From: a virus
Lineage: Duplodnaviria > Heunggongvirae > Uroviricota > Caudoviricetes
Reading direction: 5' to 3' (one strand)
IMG/VR virus record: IMGVR_UViG_3300028048_001599
DNA length: 64,000 bases
This document shows positions 46,929-59,300 of this stretch, piece after piece. Numbering within the stretch: the first letter of the stretch is position 1; every line of letters begins with the position of its first letter. Under the pieces are notes generated by a model. That model did no database searches, was not told the DNA's origin, and worked only from the letters and a program-made list of their open reading frames with translations. Both the position numbers and the translations under genes were made by a program.

Positions 46929-47189
46929 ATGGTGATAAAAATGAAATCGAATTATACTACAAAACAATTGGATGAAACAGCAGACAATGTTTTATGTAAA
47001 TTCCAAAGTTTGGGGTACTCTGTTGAAATGAAAAAGAACTTTATTTGTGGGAAGTTTGGTTATATTTTCATATTTGACGGTGGAAAGTCTTATATGACGG
47101 GATATGACTCTAAAGATACATGTATGCAAAAATTACTGGATTTATATAAAAATGCTGATGATGTTGTAAATTTGTATGGTGTAAAGTAG
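46929..47189 (+). CDS. hypothetical protein
   Basis: 86-aa ORF. Confidence 0.55.
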   Translation: MVIKMKSNYTTKQLDETADNVLCKFQSLGYSVEMKKNFICGKFGYIFIFDGGKSYMTGYDSKDTCMQKLLDLYKNADDVVNLYGVK

Positions 47190-47202
47190 AGTAGGTGTTA
47201 AT

Positions 47203-47655
47203 ATGGTAATTATATATGCTTTATGCGATAACACAAAAAGCATAGAAGGATACGGGGTATTTGACGGTTCAGGTATTCAGGAGTATAACATTGAGGACAC
47301 TTCGGTTTTAATTCAAACTAAGGAGATACGTAACGCAGAATTAAAAGATGGGGTAATAACTATAATAAATTGTTCCTCAGTTATTCCGACGTTTTATAAA
47401 AATACTTATGAACCTATGTATAGACATTCACCTATATACGTTGTTTGTAGGTGTAGTCAAGATGGGGTTCAAGGTTACTTGATATTAAATCCGATGTGTA
47501 GGCTACAGTTTGTTTCGAGGGATGAATTGGTAGCAATATGCAAAAAGTATATAGTGACAAATGTCAGATTACAAAAGTTGAAGAAATCAAAGAGAATGTT
47601 TCCTGTTCCGAATAAGATACTTTTCAAAAACATTGGTGAGGTTGAATTAGATTAA
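47203..47655 (+). CDS. hypothetical protein of the duplicated-module family
   Basis: two IEGY/VQGY...NA.L/NV.L modules like the 22678 N-terminus. Confidence 0.6.
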   Translation: MVIIYALCDNTKSIEGYGVFDGSGIQEYNIEDTSVLIQTKEIRNAELKDGVITIINCSSVIPTFYKNTYEPMYRHSPIYVVCRCSQDGVQGYLILNPMCRLQFVSRDELVAICKKYIVTNVRLQKLKKSKRMFPVPNKILFKNIGEVELD

Positions 47656-47662
47656 GAATTAT

Positions 47663-47696
47663 GAGGGGAGAGTGTTCTCCCCTCAACTTATTTTTG
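47663..47696 (+). terminator. rho-independent terminator
   Basis: GAGGGGAGA-gtgt-TCTCCCCTC, T-rich tail. Confidence 0.7.
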
Positions 47697-47736
47697 TACT
47701 GTTGTCTATAATATAGAAAGGTTAGGTGGTAGAAAA

Positions 47737-48075
47737 ATGAAGGCATTAAAATTAAGTAACGGGGGATTTTTTGATATTGACATAAAGTCGTATGCGGATA
47801 TTCAGCGTATGTGTGGTAGTTCTTTGGATATTCAGGAATATACTGTATTTACCAAAAGAGGAATAGGGGTACTTAGTAGTAATAGTACTAATATATCACT
47901 TAAAGTTATAAAATCAGATAAATCTACTGATTTTATTTGTGGTGACATCTTCTTTGTAGGTCAGAAAGGTGCCGATGATTCTTATGTACTATCAGAGTTA
48001 ACGTCAGAACAGCGTGATTTTATTATTTCGACTCTTATAAAAGATGGAGATACTTATAAAGTATTGGAGGAATAA
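47737..48075 (+). CDS. hypothetical protein
   Basis: 112-aa ORF. Confidence 0.6.
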   Translation: MKALKLSNGGFFDIDIKSYADIQRMCGSSLDIQEYTVFTKRGIGVLSSNSTNISLKVIKSDKSTDFICGDIFFVGQKGADDSYVLSELTSEQRDFIISTLIKDGDTYKVLEE

Positions 48076-48077
48076 GT

Positions 48078-48932
48078 ATGATAAAAAGAGTAATAGCTTT
48101 ACTTTTGGTTTCTGTTTTATCACTTGGTCTTTGTGCTTGCAATAAGGAGGAACCTGAGGAAGAATCGTCTATTGTCGAGTCAAGTGGACCGAATGTAAAA
48201 GGTGACTCACACTTGGAGGCTGACGAATCATCAGAGAGTGAAGAATCATACAATTTTAGACTTAAACAGCAGGCTGATGAAATACGGTCAACAAATACGG
48301 TGTATACTCAGAGATATAAGGATTTCTTCGATAAATTAACTGGTAGTAATTACTCTATTAGATATCATTATACAACAGATATTAATGCTGATTACGTTTA
48401 TGATGTTGTACACAGTGACTCTGATTTCTACTACAAAATGTCTGTAACCGATGTCGATGGTAGAACTGATGGTTTTGAATACTTTGAATTGAATGGTATT
48501 GGTCATTACTATGATGATAAAAACAAGATATGCGTAGTAATTAAGGATACTATTAAGACTCTGACTGATGTCATTCCTGTTCAATCAGGGGTAAAATTCA
48601 AAGAAAAGAAAACAGCGACTTTTAAGGGTAATACCTATTCTTGTGACGTATTTGACATTATAACAGGTCATTATACTGACGATATGCAGAACCTTGAACC
48701 AAGAGTTTCAGGTTCTTTGACAGTATATTATGACGACAAAGATAATGTTATAGGTATGTATAAAGAGTATATAGATGATTACAGCGAGTTGTTATCAATT
48801 GACAAAATATCGGCTGCTGACATAAGTGTATTCAAGACAAAAGAGGGGTACACAGAACTATCAGTTGAAAAATACTTAGAAAAATACGGTGAAACTTCAA
48901 AAAATGAAGAAACCACAGAAGAGGGAGAATAA
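48078..48932 (+). CDS. putative lipoprotein
   Basis: MIKR + hydrophobic core + LCAC lipobox; GGAGG RBS. Confidence 0.75.
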   Translation: MIKRVIALLLVSVLSLGLCACNKEEPEEESSIVESSGPNVKGDSHLEADESSESEESYNFRLKQQADEIRSTNTVYTQRYKDFFDKLTGSNYSIRYHYTTDINADYVYDVVHSDSDFYYKMSVTDVDGRTDGFEYFELNGIGHYYDDKNKICVVIKDTIKTLTDVIPVQSGVKFKEKKTATFKGNTYSCDVFDIITGHYTDDMQNLEPRVSGSLTVYYDDKDNVIGMYKEYIDDYSELLSIDKISAADISVFKTKEGYTELSVEKYLEKYGETSKNEETTEEGE

Positions 48933-49162
48933 TGGTAACAGGTTATAGAATAACAGTTGTTGGGATAAAACAATATTTTGAGGAGAATTATAAACAGGCA
49001 TTACTGCGATATCATGACATTATTGATAACACTAATAATACATGTAGTATTGAACAATTAACTTATAATGTAAATGGTTCAATATTGAAGTCAAAAGAGG
49101 TACTAAGAGGTGGAACAGATTTAGTGTCAGGTAAAAAGTGGGAGTACCAATTTAAGGAGTGA
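48932..49162 (+). CDS. small hypothetical protein
   Basis: coupled 76-aa ORF. Confidence 0.55.
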   Translation: MVTGYRITVVGIKQYFEENYKQALLRYHDIIDNTNNTCSIEQLTYNVNGSILKSKEVLRGGTDLVSGKKWEYQFKE

Positions 49163-49167
49163 TTTGA

Positions 49168-49728
49168 GTGGTAAAAAGAGTAATGAACATTATTGTAAAT
49201 GTTTTACTTGTGTTAATAGTTTTAGTATGTATAGGAATTTATTGTGCAACCAATTATATGGGGTATTCAATGTATGTTGTATTATCTGGTTCAATGGAGC
49301 CTACAATATGTGTTGATGACCTTGTAGTAATTAAGACCGTTAATATTGAAGATGTTAAGGAAAACGATATTATAACATATACTGAAAATAATTCATATGT
49401 AACGCATAGAGTAGTGGGTATATCGAAAGAAAACGGAATATCACTTACAATGCAAGGTGATAACAACAATACGATAGATAAAACAAAGGTAACTAAGGAT
49501 AATATTGAAGGAATATATGTAACTCATATAACAGGTGGGGGTAACATATTTTACTTCGTTCATTCTCCTTTAGGCACAACAATTCTTATTAGTGTGCCTG
49601 TAGCTTTAATAGCTATATGGTGCTTATTTACATTTGTATTTAAGGATAAAGATGATGACAATAGTGATGATACAGATAGCAATAATGATACAGAAGATAC
49701 AAATACTGATGAGGATTCTGGTACTTAA
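49168..49728 (+). CDS. sipW: SipW-type signal peptidase I
   Basis: VVLSGSMEPT (catalytic Ser), GDIITY-like motif, VTHRVV (His), QGDNN..D; N- and C-terminal TM. Confidence 0.88.
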   Translation: MVKRVMNIIVNVLLVLIVLVCIGIYCATNYMGYSMYVVLSGSMEPTICVDDLVVIKTVNIEDVKENDIITYTENNSYVTHRVVGISKENGISLTMQGDNNNTIDKTKVTKDNIEGIYVTHITGGGNIFYFVHSPLGTTILISVPVALIAIWCLFTFVFKDKDDDNSDDTDSNNDTEDTNTDEDSGT

Positions 49729-49861
49729 TAAGTTTATATAAAATTTTCAGAATTTAATCTTACGTAAGTGAAATTATCATAACTTTTACTTATAATAAAT
49801 ATAACGAGTTACGACTTGTTAAAAAGAAAAAAAATAAAATTTTGTAAAGGAGTTTTGTACG

Positions 49862-51052
49862 ATGGGTAATACAAAACAGAAGAAGAGTAGGAAGAACACG
49901 TTACTGCGTGTTGGCGCAGTAGCAGGGGTATGTGCTATTACAGCAGGTGTAATTGGCGCAGGTACAATGGCACGTTACAGTTCACAGTTTGGTGCTGATG
50001 GTCTTGAAGGTGACGGACATGGTGGGAATCCTGCAAGAGCAGCAGCTTTCCATTTTGTAGGTTCGTATCAGAAAGATGGTACTGGAGATTTTACTGACGC
50101 AACAGGTCACATTTCACTGTTTAGCTCGATGTATAAATCCAGCACAGGTCGTGGTACAGGCACTGATAGTGATGATGTAACAGTTAAGGCTTCACAGCAG
50201 GTTGTAGCACCTGGTACTAACGGTGCACTTTCACTTAAGATGGAAGCAGGTACTGATGCTACTGCTGATAAGAAGTGTTACGCAGAAACAGATACAATCG
50301 TAAAGCTTGATGTAAAACAGCTAGAAACTGGGGTATATACAGATGAGTCAGATGGTTCACATATTCCGATTATTTACAAGCTCAATAATAAGTATTATGT
50401 ATCAAAAGACTCCAATTTAGATAAAGGAAATACATATGTATTCCATAACAATGGCGGTGTAGGTGGATTTACAAAGGATCCTACTGGTAATACTGTTATT
50501 ACTATTGATGGATATCTTGAGGATATGGCTGAGGATAGTGCATATTACTATAAGGCAAAAGATAAGTTCTATAAGATGCAGCTTGGCACAGATGATAAAC
50601 TTACATATACTGCTTCAGATAAAAATTTTATAGTAGATGCAGATACAACAACACCTGCTAAAGATGGTATTACAGAACTTAAGTTTGATCTTGATTGGAT
50701 CTGGAATTATCAGAACCTTGGTGATATTACTGCTTATGTAAATGACTATAAGGATGCTCATAGTGGTGCTTCAACTGCTGCTGCTATTACAGCATTCAAT
50801 AATGAATCTGCAGATACAAAGGCTAAATATTTGACAGAATATTCTGCTCATGCTAATGATGTATGGGATACATTACTTGGTGAGGCTGCTTATCAGAGAG
50901 CTAAGCGGGCTGCAGCAGGTGGTGGTACTGGTGCGCCTATAGTTATAGGTGATGATATAGGTGATGATACAGGTACAGGTACAGATATAGATCTTGGTAA
51001 GGGTAGTGACATCCAGCTTTCAGTTCGTGTAGACGCTACTCAGGTAGACTAA
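49862..51052 (+). CDS. SipW-class secreted fibre subunit (TasA/CalY-like)
   Basis: basic N-terminus, hydrophobic core, GTMARY cleavage motif; VVAPGT.G and C-terminal LSVRVDATQVD. Confidence 0.65.
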   Translation: MGNTKQKKSRKNTLLRVGAVAGVCAITAGVIGAGTMARYSSQFGADGLEGDGHGGNPARAAAFHFVGSYQKDGTGDFTDATGHISLFSSMYKSSTGRGTGTDSDDVTVKASQQVVAPGTNGALSLKMEAGTDATADKKCYAETDTIVKLDVKQLETGVYTDESDGSHIPIIYKLNNKYYVSKDSNLDKGNTYVFHNNGGVGGFTKDPTGNTVITIDGYLEDMAEDSAYYYKAKDKFYKMQLGTDDKLTYTASDKNFIVDADTTTPAKDGITELKFDLDWIWNYQNLGDITAYVNDYKDAHSGASTAAAITAFNNESADTKAKYLTEYSAHANDVWDTLLGEAAYQRAKRAAAGGGTGAPIVIGDDIGDDTGTGTDIDLGKGSDIQLSVRVDATQVD

Positions 51053-51087
51053 TCTATATCATATTTAATATAGTATAATACCTAAAT

Positions 51088-51125
51088 GAGGGCGGTGGAT
51101 GAGGATTCGTCCACCGCTCATTTTG
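51088..51125 (+). terminator. rho-independent terminator
   Basis: GAGGGCGGTGGATGA / TCGTCCACCGCTC plus T run. Confidence 0.65.
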
Positions 51126-51145
51126 TTATAAAGTGGTGATAAAAG

Positions 51146-51952
51146 ATGTATATAAAAAGATACTTATTTTCGTTACTTACCATGTTAATATTAGTATCTG
51201 GGGTAGCACTTAATGCTTATGCATTAGATAGTGGGTTTGGTGCTTCTGATAAAAACGGAGAGTGGTCGACTGAAACACATGCGAATATATTTCATACGAT
51301 GAGATATGACAACAATTTATTATACCCTGGTGCTTCTAATGTATACTCTTTTAAAGTGCAAAATGACGGCTCGAAATATATCAAGTGTCAACTCACAATA
51401 GAGGATAAAAACGATTATAAGATACCGATGGAGTTTAAACTAAAGAAAAACGGTAAATACGTAATTGGTAGTGAAGATACTTGGTATGAATCTCCCAAAA
51501 TGGATACAGGCCTATATGAATTTAGGGGTACTGATGAGTACGAATTAGAGTGGCGCTGGGTTTACCTTTTAGACGACGAAAACTTACGTTCTTCAAGAAA
51601 TGAATATGACACCTCATTAGGGGTAACAGCATTTACAACTGAGGAACCTTACTATTTGAATATAGTATTATATGGTGAGGGTGCAGATGAACCATCAATT
51701 ATCATTCCTGAAGACCCTGACCCATCTAAACCAGAAGAACCATCGAGACCTGATGAATCTTCTATACCTAACGAACCCGAACCATCAAATCCGTCAAACC
51801 CATCAAAACCAACGAGTTTCATAGATACTATTTTAACTGGTGATAGTAGTTATATAGTATGTATTTATTTTGGTTTGATATTAGTGGTTTCATTAACAGT
51901 AATATACATAGGGGGTAGGGTAGATGAAAAAATCAATAAGAATAAACAATAA
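51146..51952 (+). CDS. secreted protein with Pro-rich linker and sortase-like C-terminal anchor
   Basis: signal peptide; LYPG...YSF.V.N; PEEPS repeats; ILTGD + TM + basic tail. Confidence 0.65.
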   Translation: MYIKRYLFSLLTMLILVSGVALNAYALDSGFGASDKNGEWSTETHANIFHTMRYDNNLLYPGASNVYSFKVQNDGSKYIKCQLTIEDKNDYKIPMEFKLKKNGKYVIGSEDTWYESPKMDTGLYEFRGTDEYELEWRWVYLLDDENLRSSRNEYDTSLGVTAFTTEEPYYLNIVLYGEGADEPSIIIPEDPDPSKPEEPSRPDESSIPNEPEPSNPSNPSKPTSFIDTILTGDSSYIVCIYFGLILVVSLTVIYIGGRVDEKINKNKQ

Positions 51953-52610
51953 AACACTACCTATTCTTTCTATATTGTGTGTTATATCTGTTTTGTTATT
52001 AGTGGGTTTCACGGTTGCTAAATTATCTATTGATACTATTAATTCTCGTACAGATAATAGAGTTGCTACATTTGATGTTGTAGTGGACGGTGTTCCGTCA
52101 AGTACCGTTGATTGTAAAATATATGCTACATCTAAGGTTAACGATATTGAAGAAGTAACAGAAAATGTACTATATAATGGCAATAGTTTTATAGACGGTG
52201 CTTATCGCACATATTCTCTTGTAGTGCACAATAACAGTGAAGTAAAGACAAATGTAGAATTAAATATAAACAAGACATTCAATGATGATAGAATATTTTA
52301 CGCTATTCTTCCGAATTGTGCAACGGAGCAAGATATATACAAAAAAATATACGAAAAAACAGGCGGTTCATCTTTATCACTTACTCAGATAAGAGCAATG
52401 TGCGATGAATTTAATAGTACTATTTTTAATGTAGATAACGATGATTATTTAAGACTAACATTAGTAGTTTGGGCAGAACATGACGCTGTGTTTGTAGATG
52501 AAGATAACAATGGGGTAGCTGATGAAGCGAACAAGAAGATATCTGAGCTTACAAATGGTATTCCTACTGAAACATTAAATATAAATTATACTATTGTACA
52601 AAGAGATTAA
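51924..52610 (+). CDS. SipW-class secreted protein
   Basis: hydrophobic core then GFTVAKL; C-terminal Y.I.Q.D end. Confidence 0.55.
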   Translation: MKKSIRINNKTLPILSILCVISVLLLVGFTVAKLSIDTINSRTDNRVATFDVVVDGVPSSTVDCKIYATSKVNDIEEVTENVLYNGNSFIDGAYRTYSLVVHNNSEVKTNVELNINKTFNDDRIFYAILPNCATEQDIYKKIYEKTGGSSLSLTQIRAMCDEFNSTIFNVDNDDYLRLTLVVWAEHDAVFVDEDNNGVADEANKKISELTNGIPTETLNINYTIVQRD

Positions 52611-52618
52611 GAAACGAG

Positions 52619-53278
52619 GTGAGATTAGTGGAGAATAAAGAAATAGAGAGAAAGCGGTTTATTGTATCTTTAATAGTGTATATATTCTGTCTTGTAATTA
52701 TGATTGGGTTTGTGTCCTATCACTATACGATTGCAAGGTATAGTAGAGGTGCAAGTGCAGAGTATACTTCCGAATTAAAGGATTTCGACTTATCATTTCA
52801 GTTAAAATACAATGATGGAACGGATCATGTAGTGGGTCCTGCTGATTTACAAGCAAGTCATGGGGTAGTGCGGTTAACCTCTGCTCAGTACGAATCATTA
52901 AAACTTGATACAATGTATACAGGTGAGGGTAAATGTTATTATCGTTTTAAGATAACTGAGAGTTGGTTACATAAGGATGCAAGTGATAAAGATGTACTAA
53001 CTCCACGTTCTCTATCGGATTATAACTTGAGTGACGACTTTTATGATAATCGTTCATATGATGGTTACATTTACTGTAAAAATGCCGTTAATGGTAGTTC
53101 ACCAACGGATACAATAACTACTCAGGCAATAACAAACTGTGTTCCGGGTTCTGACGCTGTTGACTTGTTAGACCCTGCTGATGCTGCAACATTAGTTGAT
53201 ATATCTGTGGAAGTAGAAGGGGTACAATGGAATAGGGCTAAAGAAATATGGGGTTTATCAAAACTACCTTGGGAATAA
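52619..53278 (+). CDS. SipW-class secreted protein
   Basis: hydrophobic core then YTIARYS; C-terminal VEVEGVQ...A...WG; start may be GTG 52628. Confidence 0.6.
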   Translation: MRLVENKEIERKRFIVSLIVYIFCLVIMIGFVSYHYTIARYSRGASAEYTSELKDFDLSFQLKYNDGTDHVVGPADLQASHGVVRLTSAQYESLKLDTMYTGEGKCYYRFKITESWLHKDASDKDVLTPRSLSDYNLSDDFYDNRSYDGYIYCKNAVNGSSPTDTITTQAITNCVPGSDAVDLLDPADAATLVDISVEVEGVQWNRAKEIWGLSKLPWE

Positions 53279-53321
53279 CGGATAAAATTACGAAACAGTG
53301 AATAACATTGAGGTGTTGTAA

Positions 53322-56300
53322 ATGAATTTAAGAAATAAGAGGTTTTTAAGCGGTTTACTTTCAGCGTCTATCATAATAACTAGTTTACCTTTAATGAATG
53401 TAGGGGTAACTGCAGCGACTCCGAATAGTGTTAATATTAGTGTTCCTGAGAAGTTATCTAAAACGGACGACCCTGACTACAATCCTACTTTTAATTTTGA
53501 GTCAAGTGAGTGGAAAACAAAATATGACACAATAGTGGCTGCATCATCTGACATTCATGACATAGGTAGATTACCTAATCTTGAAGAGTTTCGGTCATTA
53601 TATGGATATACTAGTCCTGATAGAATGACACTTACTAGGTTTAGACAAACATATGGTGAGGGTTCTGAATTTATAGAACCATCAGAAGTTATTACTATTT
53701 ATATTGCTAATGAAACCGAACTTGATTTGATGTCAAATCTTGTAAATAATACAGCAGATTCAGAAACAGCAACAGAACAAGCTTATTATTCTACTTGTGG
53801 TTATAAGTTGATGTCTGAAATAGATTATACTGGTACAACTTATCAACCTATCGGTACGTATGATTATCCGTTTAATGGTACTTTTGACGGTGATGGCTAT
53901 GAATTAGTTGATGTGAAACTAATTGATGACGTTGAAAGTAGAGCAATATACAGTGGTTACGACTACTTAGGTATATTTGGTTATACAGGCACATCGGCAG
54001 TAATAAGAAATCTTGGGGTATCAGCCATGACTCTTACTGCAAATTATGTACTTGGTGGTGACGCTGCTTTCTTATGTGCAAGAAATAATGGTACTATTGA
54101 AAACTGTTATGTAAATGGTAAAACTACATCCAAACTTACAATTTCTAACTCAACAGCCGGTGGTATCTGTGGTGAAAACTATGGTACAATCAGGGGCTGT
54201 TATGCTGATGCTTGGGTTGATGTTGCTACGCATAGTGGAACATATTCTGAACCTCAGCCGATAGCAACTGTAAACCACACATCGGACGGTGCTGTTGTAG
54301 AAAATTGTTACTACATTCGTCAAGCATATAAGGACTTGGTAGTTCCTAAGGATATTATGGTAACATCACCATTTTACAAGACATTAGCAGATGATAACAA
54401 TGATGGAACAATAATGGGATGGAAATATACGGGAGACATTTCTCAGATTAATGGTACTCCATTAAATTATAAGACATTTGTAGAGAATATGTCATCACAG
54501 ACAGGGGTAAGTTTCGGAAATGGAAAAGTGACTGGTACCACTAAAAATATGTGGGCGTACGGTCATTTGTATACTTTGAATGATTTGAGACAGACCGTTG
54601 GTTCTTGTGTCGACTTTGATTTACAATATATAACTCCTGGTATATCTTCTTCTATTACAGGTAATTCAGGTAAGGGTTGTGTTCTGGAGATTAGAACAAA
54701 TGATGAATGGAATACATATTGTAAATTAGTAAACAAAACAATGTCCAATGAAACTGATGAAGAACAAGCATTTTGGGCTTCAATGTGTGTGACATTTAAG
54801 GGTAGTGAAACAATAACTTTGAATGGTAAGACAGTTGAGGTTTTTGACCTATATCAAGATGATGAACCACTTGGTACTGAAACTTATCCTTTCACTGGTT
54901 ATTTAAACTACAATAGAAACACATTAATTAGACTTCATCTTGAAAATAGACATTCAGGGGTAGTAACACCTGTAATCGGTTATAACAAAGGTAATATCAT
55001 ATTTACAAATATGATAATTGATGGTAATGATATATCAGGATATATGGAAAAATCCATACTATGTGGCATAAATGATGGTTATTTGAGAGGTGACATTCGA
55101 GATAACAGTTATAGGGCTACGAATGACAGTCAGGGGGTAAACATATACAGTGATAATCCGAATTATTCTACATTAGCCAATAAAGACTATGATGGTATAA
55201 CAATAGTTGGAATAATGAGAAGTGGTACAATAGGGGTGAATATGGGGTTTGCATACCAATGGTATTCTGCCGATGATACTACAGTTCCTGCTGGTTATAA
55301 CTATTTACCTCTTACTTTGGTAAAAGAAAGTGGCACTATAGATTCTGGTAAGTATGTAAAGTATATGTCTGATGAAACATTTCAGGGGTATGGTTCAAAG
55401 ACAACTAATAATACCAATTTAATTACTGATATTAATGCAAATTCTACATCTGTGTCAACTTTTAATGGTCAGGAATTTAAGACCTATGCTAATATGACTA
55501 TATCTGCATATCCTTCTCTTGTAGCACCTGAAAAAGATGCAGATGGTAATTACTTGATAAGAAATGATAGAAACCTTGTATGGCTTATAAGGTATGCATC
55601 TGGTGAAAATGCAAAGCTCATGAACACTATCGACATGAGCGACTATACATTTAAAGGTACTCCATTCACAGGTAGTTTTACATTAGATGGTACACTAACA
55701 GATACTTCCGATATATGTAACAACATAGATTTGGGGGTAACAAAGTGCTATGGTATTATAAACTTGCAGGTATATGATACAAAGCTTTCTTCAAATGTTA
55801 TAAATTGGAACAACGTATACTTTATTGGTGGTACTTTCACATTAGGTGACCAGATGGGTACTAAATTTACAGGTGTCAAATCTCACTGGTTAGGTGAAAC
55901 TGTTTCAAATATTCATTTATCTAATGATTATATAGTTAATAGGGCTAATGGTAGTAGTACATGGTGGTCACCTACACAAACAGCTACAGGTTGTTCAGTA
56001 TCAGGTAGAATTATAATAAACAGAACAAACTATTCATGGAACTATCCTCTAAGTTTCACAGCTGAGGATTGTGTAACCTATGAGACCATAGTTTACAATG
56101 TGGATTCTTCTAATGTTACGGCTTTGGCAGATACAGTTAATCATTCTATTTGTAGACAGTCGGCAATAAAGACTGGTTCATTTACTTCTACTACATATAT
56201 GCATAATGGCGGTGGTATAGGTAGAACAGTTAGAAACTGTTTAGCCGATTGGACATATAATCAAAAAGGTAATGATAAAGCACCTATTAAAATATTTTCT

Positions 56301-59300
56301 TGTGATGGTATAGCAACAAATTGTACATTTACTGGTACTTATATAGCAGATGAAAATAGACAAAATACTAATGTATCTTTATCTAATATAGCAGTTAATT
56401 TAGTTTGTACACCAGAAAGTATAATAGATGGAAATTTTGCACTAACTTCTGCAAACAGTGAATATGTAATATTTAGAGGTACTCTTAAGGCATATGTGCC
56501 ATATAATTTAAAGTTTATTGGAAATTCTACTAAAAATGCTTATATAGATGGTAATATAGATTTATATAAAATGACAGAAGATAGTTATTATACTAATATA
56601 TCAAATACTAATGAACTTAAAACTAGATTTGGCTTTACTAAATTAAATGAAGCAGAAAATGGTTTAAATATTTTTAGTTATGGTACTAGAGATAGTATAT
56701 TCAATGGTAATATTAATTTTATAGATTTTGATGACACTTGTGCTTTTACTAAATATAATATAAGAATGTTTGAATCAAATTTATATGGAACATGCATAAA
56801 TTATTCTAATATTAATATAAATAGTAAAATTATGTTAAATTCTTTGACTATATTTGGTAATGGTTCTGGTAGTGGTAATTTAAATACAAAAGCATATAAT
56901 TATGGAAATATTAATATTGGATCAAATACTTATTTTAAAAATATAAATGTTATAGGAAGTTCTTATGGTATTAGTAAAAATTATGGAAATGTTAACGTTA
57001 CTGATGGAAATAATTTATCTATAATATTAATGTCAGGTTCAACCTATGGACAAACTGGCGAAAAATATAAAAATTATGGCAATATTACTGTAAATAAGAC
57101 TGGATTAGCTGGTGGTATACAAAATGTTTATGCTTTAAATAAAGTATACGCTGGTATAAATTATGGAGACATTTTAGTAGATTTTCATAATAATAGAAAT
57201 TATAATACAAACAATAGTGATATAAGAGATTGTAATATATGTGGTAATAATGCTAGTATTAATGTTGGTAATATTGAAGTAAAGAATTATACTTCTACTG
57301 ATAATTCTTATATGGATAATATTAATGTATATGGCGGTGGTACTGAAAACTATGGTAGTATAAAAGTACATGATATAAATTCAATAAATGGAACAAATGT
57401 TACTATACAGTCTTTAACTAATCCATCTTATTTTTCTACTCATTGGTATGGCATATCTAAATGTAAAGTAGAAATAAATAATATAAATATTAAAAATAAT
57501 CTGTCATATAGTGGAGCGCATAGATATGTTAGGTCTACAGATCAATTTGACCCAGAATATTATATAAGTAACGTAGATTTAGACATAAATAATATAACTT
57601 GCCAAAGATGTGTAATAAGAGGCGGTTATGTTACTAGTAGTTATTATTCAGAAAGTGGTACTTATGAACCACTCATAAAAGTATCAATAAATAGTAATAT
57701 TATAAATGATATTGATATTAATAATGTAACTACTAATAAAGATTTTAGATATTATGGAGTAACTGATTGGTATTGTACGAGTGATCATGGTTATAGATAT
57801 AATAGTTCTACTATTGATATTAATAATTGTAATTTTAATACATTGCTTTATTCTGGAGTATGTAATAAAGAAAGTTCATATCATGATGCCTGGATAAATA
57901 ATGCTTCGCTTAATATAGATAATACTGTAATTACTAAAGATAGTATTATAAATGGTGTAGCATTAAATTATAATAATAGTTATAATAGAACTACTTCAAG
58001 TAATGAATATAAAGCTATATCAAATGCATATTCATTTGGACCTATGAATATTAATATTACTGGTGCTCCAATAACTATAAATGGTATAAGTAACGGTGTT
58101 AAAATAAATGCTGAAGCAACCAATAAAAATTTAATTGTATTTAATAGTAGTGATATTCATGTAACAAGTGACAATAATATAAAAATAAACGGCATATTTT
58201 CAAATGATAATTATAAAGTATCAGACTCAGTAATATATAATGCAATAAATTGTGGTAATTTAACTGCTACGCAGACTGGAGATGGAATAGTACAAATATG
58301 TGGAATAGCAGATAAGGTAGCACGTCTTGAAAGTGTTGAGAACTTTGGTAATATATCGACTAACGCATCAAATGGTGAGGTATATGCTATATGTGGTGCT
58401 GTAACACAGGCTGCCATAGGTTGGGTTAATTACGGTGATGTATCAGCACCTAATCTAGGAGCGTATAAGACAGTATCAACAATAAAAGCTGACAGTGCAT
58501 CCGCTAATTTGACCTATGGTATTAATTACGGGGTATTTGACCATGCATTAAGCAGTAATGTTGGTGAAACATTGTTCTTGGTTGACCTATCAGGTAACTG
58601 GAGGACAATTCCTTATGGTGAAAATACATTCTCTACTGACTCTACTGTATCTGGTGTTACTACAAAGCAGGCTAAGGGGTATAATGATTTCGATAGTGTT
58701 ATAAATAACTATGATGCAGTAGGCACAGACGATGTAATACCAACGCACATTACATATGAAGATTTTATAAGTCCTGACTTTGGTATTCGTTATTGTAATT
58801 ATATTACAACAAACTATATAACCTCAACAACAAAACAGAATTACAATAGTGAAAATCTTTTTGAATATGTAACGGTAGCAAAGGCTACTGGGCGACTTCG
58901 TGAAGAAATTGACGAGCGTGATGGTGCTGGCGGTTACGTATTATGCTGTGTAACTGCTGATGGTAAAAACTTGATGGGTAAAGAGTTAGAGTCAAGATTA
59001 TATGCTGAAAATACTATAAAGGATGTTAATAGGTGTAGTTGGTGGTCTGATTATGAGGTTCACGATGTAGGGTTTAACTCATATATAGACGGTACTCTCA
59101 AACAAAGAGACCAGGGGTCATTAGCTGAGTTGTTCTCAATGTCAATTACCTCAACTGGTACTTATGAAACAACAGAAGGAAATCAACAAAATATAAGAAA
59201 TATTTCAATGTTGAATCCTTTCCAAGCACCTGTAAAAGTTAATAATACATATGCGAATGATAACATTGTAACAATAGTTGATTTATATGTTTTAGCTAAC

